The notes under the pieces: model-generated
The model's input: only the letters and a program-made list of their open reading frames with translations
What the model was told of the DNA's origin: nothing
Databases searched by the model: none
Translations under genes and position numbers: made by a program
Source: Myxococcales bacterium
Lineage (GTDB): Bacteria > Myxococcota > Myxococcia > Myxococcales > Anaeromyxobacteraceae
Reading direction: 5' to 3'
Assembly (NCBI GenBank): GCA_038320275.1
Contig: JBBQEB010000126.1
Span: 1-11,364 of the forward strand
Length of the DNA stretch: 11,364 nt
Part shown: positions 1-6,759 of the stretch, one piece after another
Numbering within the stretch: position 1 is the first letter of the stretch
Layout: the number at the start of each line of letters is the position of its first letter

Positions 1-1713
1 CCCACCTGCCGCCTCGGCCACAGCGAGCGCCTCGCGGAGGAGCGCGTCCGCGCGCGTGGCGTCGCCTGCGGCCCGCCACGCCTCGGCGATGGAGCGCAGG
101 TAGGCGGGATCGCCGCCGGAGAGAGCGCGGGACCGGTTCCACAGCCGCTCGGCGCGTGCCGGATCGCCGCGGGCGTACCGGGCCGCGTCGCGGTCGAGGA
201 GCGCCACCTCGCGCGCGCACGACCGCGCGAAGACGCTGCCCCGCTCGAACCGTGCCTCGGCGGCCGCGGCGAGCGCGGGCGTCACCGCGATGCCATCCAG
301 GTAGCGGTGCCACTCGGCCTCCAGCGCGGGCAGGGCCACGCCCGTGGCGGCGGCGACGTCGCCGGAACGGTAGGCGGCGAGCACCACCGCGCGGCCGCGC
401 CGGTCCAGGAGGAACCGGAGGAAGCTTCCCGAGGCCGTGTAGGCGCGCGCCGGCGCGGCGCCGAAGAAGCTCGCGGTGCCGAGCAGCGCGTCGAGAGGAG
501 GCAGCCGCCCGCCGTCCCGCAGCGCCCGTGTCCAGGCGTGAACGCCATGCGGTCCGGAGGGCACCTCCACCGCGACCGCGAGCCCCTCGACCAGCCCGGC
601 GTTCACGAGCACGCCCGCGCGAGCCGGTACGCGCAAGGGGCCCCTCGCGGCCACGGAGGCGAGGGCGTGCACGAGCTCGTGGCGGAGGATCGGGTGAGGG
701 ACGCCCTCGTCCTGCACCTGGATCTCGGCGAGCCACGGCTTCGTGAAGCTGGTGCGTCCCGCGCCCACCAGCCGCCGCTTCTCCTCGGCCGAGCGGTGAA
801 GCCAGACCGTCGCGCGCGGAGGGTGCTCCAGCCCGAGCGCCTCGACCACCGCGGCGGCGTCGTACTCGCAGTCGAGGAGCGCCCGCCTGGCGTCGGCAAC
901 GCCCTTCTCGCGCGCGAAGTGGATCGTGCAGCGCGGTCCATCCAGCCGTCCCCCCAGTGCCTCGGCGAGCTCCCGCCGGGTGGCCTCCCGCCCTCCGGCG
1001 GCCCGGGCGAGGAGGGCAACCGAGAGCGCCACCCCGAGGGCCGCGGCCGCGCCACGCACGGGGAGGCGCGCGCTGCGGCGGGACAGCAGCGCCGCGAGGG
1101 CGACCGCGGCGGCGGCCCAGGCCAGCGTCCCCAGGCGGAAGAGCACCAGCCGCCGGTCGGGCTCCAGCACCTCGTCGTAGACGGGCCCGGGCCACACGCC
1201 CAGGACGTGGTCGTACGCGGCGGCGCCGGGGCCGAGGTAGGCGACGGCGAGCGTCGCGGCCAGCGACCCGCACACCACCGCGGCGTGCAGTCCGGCGGCG
1301 CGGGAGACGCGCCCGCGGGCGAGGACGCCCTCCAGCACGCCCAGCGCCGCGCCCAGGATGGCGGAGGGGAGGGCCACCAGCGCGAAGAGCCGCGCGCCGA
1401 GGAGCGGCGCGCAGGGCGTGAAGAGCGCAGCGCGCAGCGCGCCAGCCGTGAAGGCGAGCGCCACGAGCACCAGGGCCGCGCCCGCCGCCCCTGCGAAGGC
1501 GAGGGTGACGCGGGCGCCCTCCGTCCCCTCCCTCCGCACCGCGGCGATCCCGAGGGCGGGTCCGACCGCGCCTCCAAGGAGGATCGCCGCCGCCAGGCCG
1601 AGCTCGAAGCCGGGCACCTCGAGGAGCGGGAGCCGGCCGGCGAGGAGCGCCGCGACGGCCAGTGCACCGCCGAGCGCGAGGAAAGCGCGCCAGGGCAGGG
1701 GACGCGTCGCCAT
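1..1713 (-). CDS. Polytopic membrane protein with a gluzincin (HEXXH...E, clan MA / Peptidase_MA_2-like) zinc metallopeptidase domain and a helical, TPR-like C-terminal region; 3' end outside the window
   Basis: Translated by hand from ATG at 1713 (in-frame GTG at 1722; AAGGGAG about 10 nt upstream). I found no stop down to position 1. N-terminus MATRPLPWRAFLALGGALAVAALLAGRLPLLEVPGFELGLAAAILLGG..., about 7 hydrophobic segments, loop GVWPGPVYDE, then KRRLVGAGRTSFTKPW, ILRHELVH (HELVH at 667-681), GLVEGLAVA (E at 586-588) and AYTASGSFLRFL. The + ORF 307..1857 is its codon-aligned antisense shadow. Confidence 0.85.
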   Translation of the reverse strand, partial: MATRPLPWRAFLALGGALAVAALLAGRLPLLEVPGFELGLAAAILLGGAVGPALGIAAVRREGTEGARVTLAFAGAAGAALVLVALAFTAGALRAALFTPCAPLLGARLFALVALPSAILGAALGVLEGVLARGRVSRAAGLHAAVVCGSLAATLAVAYLGPGAAAYDHVLGVWPGPVYDEVLEPDRRLVLFRLGTLAWAAAAVALAALLSRRSARLPVRGAAAALGVALSVALLARAAGGREATRRELAEALGGRLDGPRCTIHFAREKGVADARRALLDCEYDAAAVVEALGLEHPPRATVWLHRSAEEKRRLVGAGRTSFTKPWLAEIQVQDEGVPHPILRHELVHALASVAARGPLRVPARAGVLVNAGLVEGLAVAVEVPSGPHGVHAWTRALRDGGRLPPLDALLGTASFFGAAPARAYTASGSFLRFLLDRRGRAVVLAAYRSGDVAAATGVALPALEAEWHRYLDGIAVTPALAAAAEARFERGSVFARSCAREVALLDRDAARYARGDPARAERLWNRSRALSGGDPAYLRSIAEAWRAAGDATRADALLREALAVAEAAGG

Positions 1714-1777
1714 CGAGCTCACGCTCCCTTTTCCCTCGCACCCCGCCCCACCGGCGCGAAAAGCATGGAAAGGCGAG

Positions 1778-1783
1778 TACCAT
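1778..1783 (+). promoter_or_regulatory. Possible -10 element (TACCAT) for a leaderless pilZ transcript
   Basis: TAnnnT hexamer followed by 7 nt (ggcctcc) and the ATG at 1791; no convincing -35 element. Confidence 0.3.
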
Positions 1784-1790
1784 GGCCTCC

Positions 1791-2165
1791 ATGCCGACGG
1801 AACAACGCCAGCACGCGCGCGCGCCGCTCGAGCTCCACGTCCGGTACCGCCGGCTGAACAGCTTCTTCGCGGACTACACCCGCAACATCTCCAGGGGCGG
1901 CACCTTCATCGAGACGGGCACGCCCCTGCCGCTGGGGACGCGGTTCGTCCTCGAGCTGACGGTTCCAGGCCGCGCCGAGCCCTTCGCGCTCTCGGGCGAG
2001 GTGATCCACGCCGGGGCGCGGGACGGCGCGGTCGGCATGGGCATTCGCTTCCTGTGGGACGACGACGCCGCGCGCATCGTCTTCGAGGAGATGGTGGAGG
2101 GGCTCATGGACCGGGCGCTGGGCGCGCACGTCAGCGCCGGCCTGCTGAGGGGCTCCAGGCGATAG
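1791..2165 (+). CDS. Single-domain PilZ protein (myxobacterial TIGR02266-type), probable c-di-GMP receptor
   Basis: MPTEQRQHARAPLELHVRY...FFADYTRNISRGGTFIET...: RxxxR (RQHAR) and (D/N)xSxxG (NISRGG) motifs, ending in GMGIRF. Start at ATG 1791 or 1782; the ORF-track start at 1662 would overlap the divergent peptidase gene. TAG at 2163-2165. Confidence 0.9.
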   Translation: MPTEQRQHARAPLELHVRYRRLNSFFADYTRNISRGGTFIETGTPLPLGTRFVLELTVPGRAEPFALSGEVIHAGARDGAVGMGIRFLWDDDAARIVFEEMVEGLMDRALGAHVSAGLLRGSRR

Positions 2166-2213
2166 AGGCACTCCACCTGAACCACGGCCAACACGGCGCA
2201 GCATGGCTCGAAA

Positions 2214-2299
2214 CCTTTCGACCTCCGCGCCGGAGGCGCGAAGGGGGGGACAGCGCAGCGGCGTACGGGCCGCTGCGAGCGGGAGGACGCGGTCCTCCT
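2214..2299. repeat. Intergenic three-hairpin (REP-like / palindromic) element, possibly acting as a bidirectional terminator or mRNA stabiliser
   Basis: Stems: cctccg/cggagg (2222-2236, extendable via cctttcg/cgaaggg to 2214-2245), cgcagcggc/gccgctgcg (2254-2277) and ggaggac/gtcctcc (2282-2298). It lies between two convergent stop codons. There is no U-tract and only one copy in the window. Confidence 0.5.
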
Positions 2300-2303
2300 C
2301 GGA

Positions 2304-2798
2304 TCAGCGCGCGCCTTCCACGCCCTCCAGCGTCACCCGGTCGCCGCGCGACACGCCGTGCGCCGCGCACCAGCCCCCGTTGACCTCCACCACGAAGCGG
2401 CTCGGCGCGCCCACCGTGCGCGCGGTGGTGGTGAGCGGCTCCGCGCGCTCGACGATGCCCACCACGGTCCCCCGCGCATCGACGAAGATCATGTCGAGCG
2501 GGATGAGGGTGTTCTTCATCCAGAACGAGTGGTCCTCGCTCTCCGCGAAGACGAAGAGCATCCCCTCGTCCTGGCCGAGCGACTTGCGGAACATGAGCCC
2601 GCGGGCCAGCTCCTCCGGCGTGCGCATCACCTCGAGCCGGACGGAGAGGCTGCGTCCGGAGGGGCCCTCCACCACCGCACGGGGCCCGCCGCGCTGCGCG
2701 TCGGCGAGCGCCTCCGTCCGGGCCTGACCGGGAGAAGGCCGGCAGGCGAACAGACCCACCGCGGCGAGGAGCGCCCAGAGGGCGCGGGGCGCGATCAC
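2304..2798 (-). CDS. DUF192 (COG1430) family lipoprotein
   Basis: GTG at 2798 overlaps the cglC TGA (GTGA). MIAPRALWALLAAVGLFAC carries an LFAC lipobox. DUF192 signatures: ARGLMFR, GMLFVF, FWMKNTLIPLDMIF, VVEVNGG. The longer ORF-track start at 3326 overlaps cglC entirely and is rejected. Confidence 0.9.
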   Translation of the reverse strand: MIAPRALWALLAAVGLFACRPSPGQARTEALADAQRGGPRAVVEGPSGRSLSVRLEVMRTPEELARGLMFRKSLGQDEGMLFVFAESEDHSFWMKNTLIPLDMIFVDARGTVVGIVERAEPLTTTARTVGAPSRFVVEVNGGWCAAHGVSRGDRVTLEGVEGAR

Positions 2799-3190
2799 TG
2801 CGGCAGGGGCGCCGCGCAGTAGTTCGAGAACTGGATGTCCCCCAGGTAGAGCTTGCGGACGTCCGCCGGCAGCGAGTTGATGAAGGTGGGATCGAGCACC
2901 ACCGCCCGGCATTGCAGCCCGGTCTGGCCCTCCGCGCAATCGGAGTTGGAAACGCAGGGCTTGGAGCAATACGGATTGTTCTTCACCTTGCTCCCGGCGG
3001 GGGGCGGGGGCGACTTGATGCAGACCAGGTTCTCGCACTCCGCGCGCCCGGTCTCCAGGTAGTCGGCCGCGACGTTTCCCTCGTCGATCCCGGGAAGGTC
3101 GAAGGCGCACTTCTGTCCAACATCCGCCTCCTGGCAGCCGGCGAGGGCGAGGAGCAGGGCAACCGGGGCGAGCGATCTCGGAAAGCGCAT
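2795..3190 (-). CDS. cglC: Adventurous gliding motility outer-membrane lipoprotein CglC (GltK/AgmO)
   Basis: LAGC lipobox plus 8 further Cys in the pattern GQKC...ECENLVC...YCSKPC...DC...CRAVVLD...YCAA, matching the CglC/GltK pattern as I recall it. It sits divergently from gltB-gltA-gltC, as in M. xanthus. Confidence 0.85.
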   Translation of the reverse strand: MRFPRSLAPVALLLALAGCQEADVGQKCAFDLPGIDEGNVAADYLETGRAECENLVCIKSPPPPAGSKVKNNPYCSKPCVSNSDCAEGQTGLQCRAVVLDPTFINSLPADVRKLYLGDIQFSNYCAAPLPQ

Positions 3191-3199
3191 CGGCTCCGA

Positions 3200-3229
3200 G
3201 CGTTAGCACGCACCCTGACCGCGGGACAA
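3200..3229 (-). promoter_or_regulatory. Weak sigma70-like promoter for cglC-DUF192
   Basis: Minus strand reads TTGTCC-N18-TAACGC with TG one base before the -10 (extended -10-like), ending 9 nt before the cglC ATG. The -10 lacks the conserved final T. Confidence 0.25.
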
Positions 3230-3307
3230 GGAAGCGCGTGGGTGCCGGTGTGGGGTCATAGGCGCCATGGGTGCGATGCGACCGGTCCATGTGAGGAGGG
3301 CGCTCCG

Positions 3308-3336
3308 TTGCCCGTCCCCAGACCATGGTCTAGAGT
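3308..3336 (+). promoter_or_regulatory. Sigma70-like promoter of the gltBACDE operon, with an overlapping 12-bp palindrome
   Basis: TTGCCC (3308-3313), exactly 17 nt, TAGAGT (3331-3336). Perfect palindrome AGACCATGGTCT at 3320-3331. Confidence 0.55.
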
Positions 3337-3367
3337 GCCTCCCAGCCCCCTTGGGCGCGAGATAACC

Positions 3368-4186
3368 TTGTCTCTACCAAGACATACATTGACCCTCCTC
3401 GTCGCGTCGCTCCTCCTGGCGCCGCTCCTCGGGCGCGCGCAGTCACCGGAGGAGCCCGGGCTGGATTTGACCCAGCCGCGGCCCTCCAAGCCTGGCGAAG
3501 GGGTCCCGCCAGCCCCCGGCGCGCTCGACCGGCCGGCCGTCGCGACCCCAGCGGCGCCGCTCGCCTCGGGCGAGGACGACGTGGCCTTGAACGACCGCGT
3601 CAAGGCCGTCCAGCGCAAGGGCTTCCTCAAGCGCCGGCGGCTGGAGCTGGGCATCTCCCTGCCCGGGACGCTGAACGACGCGTTCTACGAGAAGGTCGGG
3701 GTGGGCGGAAAGCTCGCCTACAACCTCGAGGACAGCTTCGCGCTCCAGCTTCGCGGCGCCTATTTTTGGCAGCTCAAATCGGGCCACGTGCGCGAGGGGA
3801 AGCTCGCCTTTTCAAGCCAGCTCCTCACGAGCCAGCTCTATGGGCTCGGCATGTTCGACGGCGTCTGGTCGCCCGTGTACGGCAAGGTCGCCTGGCTCGG
3901 GTCGCGCATCGTGCACTTCGACCTCTATCTCCTCGCCGGCTTCGGCGCGGCCTGGAGCGCCACCAGCGTCGCTCCGCGCAAGGAGGGTCCCCACATCGCG
4001 ACGGACTTCGGCGGCGGGATCCGCTTCTATCCGAGTGACTGGCTCGCCTTCGACGGCGGCGTGATCGCGACCTTCTATCCCGACCAGCCTCTCACCTCGG
4101 TCCCGAGCACCATGCAGAAGGTCGTCGCCGCGCAGCTCGGCCTCACCGTCTTCTTCCCCTTCTCCTTCGAGTACACGCACCCGTGA
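3368..4186 (+). CDS. gltB: Gliding motility outer-membrane beta-barrel protein GltB (myxobacterial OMP family, TIGR04565-type)
   Basis: Likely TTG start at 3368, downstream of the promoter, giving signal peptide MSLPRHTLTLLVASLLLAPLLGRA. A Pro-rich N-terminal extension is followed by DRVKAVQRKGFLK, NDAFY, WSPVYGK, HFDLYLLAG and amphipathic beta-strands. First gene of the OMP pair next to cglC. Exact start uncertain (alternative TTG at 3389). Confidence 0.8.
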   Translation: MSLPRHTLTLLVASLLLAPLLGRAQSPEEPGLDLTQPRPSKPGEGVPPAPGALDRPAVATPAAPLASGEDDVALNDRVKAVQRKGFLKRRRLELGISLPGTLNDAFYEKVGVGGKLAYNLEDSFALQLRGAYFWQLKSGHVREGKLAFSSQLLTSQLYGLGMFDGVWSPVYGKVAWLGSRIVHFDLYLLAGFGAAWSATSVAPRKEGPHIATDFGGGIRFYPSDWLAFDGGVIATFYPDQPLTSVPSTMQKVVAAQLGLTVFFPFSFEYTHP

Positions 4187-4914
4187 CCACGCGCAGCCGC
4201 TACGCCGTGCTCCTCTCCCTCGCGCTCGCGGCCGCGCTCCCCCAGGCCGCGTGGGCGAGCGCCGCCGACGCCTTCGAGAACAAGGTGAAGCCGGTCTCGG
4301 GCCAGCTTTACGACAAGGCCGGCAAGCTCGAGCTGACGCTGCCGTCCGCGCGGATCTCCCTCAACGACCCGTTCTTCTCGAAGTACATGGCGGGCGCCAA
4401 GCTCGGATACCACTTCAGCGAGGTCTTCTCGCTGAACGTCAGCGGCGCGGCGGGCGTGAACAGCCCCACCGCCTCGACCTCGGTGTGCCCCGTGAACGCA
4501 GGCTGCCGCGCGGCCTCCGAGAAGCAGCTCGACCAGGTGCCCGGCTTCATCCGCTGGACCGCCGGCGCGGAGCTCGCCTTCTCCCCCGTGTACGGCAAGC
4601 TCAACGTGTTCGCCGAGCGGGCGGTCCATTTCGATCTGTCGCTGCTGGCGGGCCCGGACGTGGTCGCCTACCGCGACGTGCTGTCGCCGGGCCAGGTCAA
4701 CGCGGGTGAGGTCCCGGGAAACAAGCTCGCGGTGGGGGGCCACCTGGGCCTCGGCGCCCGGATCTTCTTCCTGCGCTTCATGGCGCTGCGGCTCGAGCTC
4801 AAGGACGTCCTCTACTCCGTCCCGCACCTCGCCACGGGGAGCTTGCAGACGCAGCTCTTCGCCGAGGCGGGGCTCTCCTTCTTCATCCCGGTCGCGACCC
4901 GCGACGCGAACTGA
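4183..4914 (+). CDS. gltA: Gliding motility outer-membrane beta-barrel protein GltA
   Basis: GTG start overlapping the gltB TGA (GTGA); signal peptide ending AAWA. Motifs VKPVSGQL, NDPFF, FSPVYGK and HFDLS are paralogous to GltB; loop Cys pair VCPVNAGC. Lies between gltB and gltC. Confidence 0.8.
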   Translation: MTTRSRYAVLLSLALAAALPQAAWASAADAFENKVKPVSGQLYDKAGKLELTLPSARISLNDPFFSKYMAGAKLGYHFSEVFSLNVSGAAGVNSPTASTSVCPVNAGCRAASEKQLDQVPGFIRWTAGAELAFSPVYGKLNVFAERAVHFDLSLLAGPDVVAYRDVLSPGQVNAGEVPGNKLAVGGHLGLGARIFFLRFMALRLELKDVLYSVPHLATGSLQTQLFAEAGLSFFIPVATRDAN

Positions 4915-4926
4915 CGAGACCTCGCG

Positions 4927-6738
4927 ATGCGACCCTCTCCGCTCCGCTCCGCAGCTCTCGCTCTCGCGCTGGCGCTCGCCGCGCCCGGCGGGGCCCAGCT
5001 CGGCATCGACCTCTCCGGCAAGGACGCGCCGACCAAGAAAGCCGACTCGTCCAAGAAGCCGGAGCCGCGCAAGGCCCCCTCCCCGCGGCCGCCCGACGTC
5101 CGGCAGCTGCCCCCCGCCGGCCCGTCGCCGGTGGCCATGCCCGAGCTCGACATCGGCGCGGCGAAGGCGAAGAAGGGCGAGGCGGCGCGCCGGCTGGCCG
5201 AGGCGAACAAGCTGCTGGCGGGGGGAGACCTCGAGACGGCCTGCCTCGCCTTCGACGCCATCGTGCGCGACGGGTCGATCCCGGAGGCGCACGATGAGGC
5301 CCGTTTCCAGCTCGCGAAAGGGCTGGCGCGGCTCGGGCTCAACCACGCGGCGCTCTCCCGGCTGGAGGAGATCCTGGCCCGAGGGCCGCAGGGCTCCAGG
5401 TTCTACCCCGACGCGCTGGAGTGGCTGTTCCACGTGGGCCGAAAGACGGTCAACGAGGCGGTCATCGTGGGCTCGGTGGCGCGCTATGCGAGCAGCGCAA
5501 TTCCGGCCGCCTCGCAGGCGAAGTTCTCCTATCTCCTCGCCCGCTACTCCTACGAGCGCGGGCGCGCGCTCGACGAGGCGGGCCAGGCGGCGGACGCACG
5601 GCGCGCCTACGACGAGGCGCGCCGACTCGGCGCGCAGGTCCGGCAGGACGCCCCGGGAGCGCGTTCCGACCCCGAGCTCGATGATGGCGACTACTTCGCG
5701 AAGGCGCGCTTCCTCGACGGGCTGGTGCGCTACGCCCAGGGCGACGCGAACGGCGCGCTGGAGTCCTTCAAGGAGGTGGTGCGGCTCACCAACCCTCGCC
5801 GCACCCACACGCCGGATCCTCGCCTGCGCGAGCTCGCCTTCCTGCAGCTCGCCCGGCTCCACTACGAGCACAAGCAGAACCGCTACGCGATCTTCTACTA
5901 CGACAAGATGCCCTGGGGGGGCGACAGCTGGCTCGAAGGATTGTGGGAGTCGTCCTACGCCCACTACCGCATCGGCGACTACGAGAAGGCGCTCGGAAAC
6001 CTGCTGACGCTGCAGTCCCCCTACTTCAAGGACGAGTGGTTCCCCGAGTCGTGGATCCTGAAGGCCATCATCTACTACGAGAACTGCCGATACGCGGAGG
6101 CGCGGGCCATCCTCGACGACTTCCGGAAGCTCTACGAGCCGGTGTACGCGGAGCTCGACCGGCAGACGGCGCGCCAGGGCCCGCCGTCCACCTTTTACGA
6201 CCTCATCGAGGCAACGCAGAAGGGCAAGTCGGACGCGCGACCCATGACGCGTCGGCTCATGAAGATCGCCTTCACCGACGAGAGCATCAAGCGGCTCGAC
6301 GACTCCATCATGGAGGTCGAGCGCGAGATGGACGCGGGCCTGGGCGCGCGCCGCGAGGCCTTCCGGTCGTCCGCTCTGGCAAAAGACCTGCGCGAGCGGC
6401 TGGCGGGCGAGCGCAAGCGGCTGGTGGACGAGGCGGGCGCGCGCGCCCGGGGCAAGCTGGAGTACGAGCGGGACGGCCTGCGAGATCTTCTGCAGAGCGC
6501 CCTGCGCATCAAGATCGAGGTCGCGCGCAAGGAGCGCGAGGTGCTGGAGGGCTCGCTCGTGAAGGGCGGTCGCCTCGACGTCGTGCGCGACTATCGGTAC
6601 TCGGTCGCGGTCGGCGACGAGGAGCTCTACTGGCCCTACGACGGCGAGTTCTGGCGCGACGAGCTCGGGACATACACGTACACGCTGACCAAGGGGTGCC
6701 GGGATGTCGGCGCGCGGGCGACCGCGAGCGCCCGGTAG
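4927..6738 (+). CDS. gltC: Adventurous gliding motility periplasmic TPR protein GltC (AgnA)
   Basis: Signal peptide and Lys/Pro-rich N-terminus, TPR helices (RELAFLQLARLHYE...YAIFYYDK; ALGNLLTLQSPYF...FPES.ILKAIIYYENC), and C-terminal LYWPYDGEFWRDELGTYTYTLTKGC typical of GltC/NfsC. Follows the OMP pair. Confidence 0.88.
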   Translation: MRPSPLRSAALALALALAAPGGAQLGIDLSGKDAPTKKADSSKKPEPRKAPSPRPPDVRQLPPAGPSPVAMPELDIGAAKAKKGEAARRLAEANKLLAGGDLETACLAFDAIVRDGSIPEAHDEARFQLAKGLARLGLNHAALSRLEEILARGPQGSRFYPDALEWLFHVGRKTVNEAVIVGSVARYASSAIPAASQAKFSYLLARYSYERGRALDEAGQAADARRAYDEARRLGAQVRQDAPGARSDPELDDGDYFAKARFLDGLVRYAQGDANGALESFKEVVRLTNPRRTHTPDPRLRELAFLQLARLHYEHKQNRYAIFYYDKMPWGGDSWLEGLWESSYAHYRIGDYEKALGNLLTLQSPYFKDEWFPESWILKAIIYYENCRYAEARAILDDFRKLYEPVYAELDRQTARQGPPSTFYDLIEATQKGKSDARPMTRRLMKIAFTDESIKRLDDSIMEVEREMDAGLGARREAFRSSALAKDLRERLAGERKRLVDEAGARARGKLEYERDGLRDLLQSALRIKIEVARKEREVLEGSLVKGGRLDVVRDYRYSVAVGDEELYWPYDGEFWRDELGTYTYTLTKGCRDVGARATASAR

Positions 6739-6759
6739 CCCTCGAAAGAGAAGCTCCCC

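Noticed and set aside
307..1857. 516-aa + strand ORF and other overlapping ORFs in 156-2383
   Set aside because: The 516-aa ORF is the codon-aligned antisense shadow of the minus-strand peptidase; the others are Arg/Pro/Ala-rich off-frame ORFs typical of high-GC DNA.
2304..3367. Long N-terminal extensions of DUF192 (start 3326) and gltB (start 2912 or GTG 3335)
   Set aside because: The 3326 and 2912 starts overlap cglC and bury clear signal peptides; GTG 3335 falls inside the predicted -10 element.
3367..3384. Small hairpin around the gltB TTG start (tgtct/agaca)
   Set aside because: Only 5 bp; too weak to support translational regulation.
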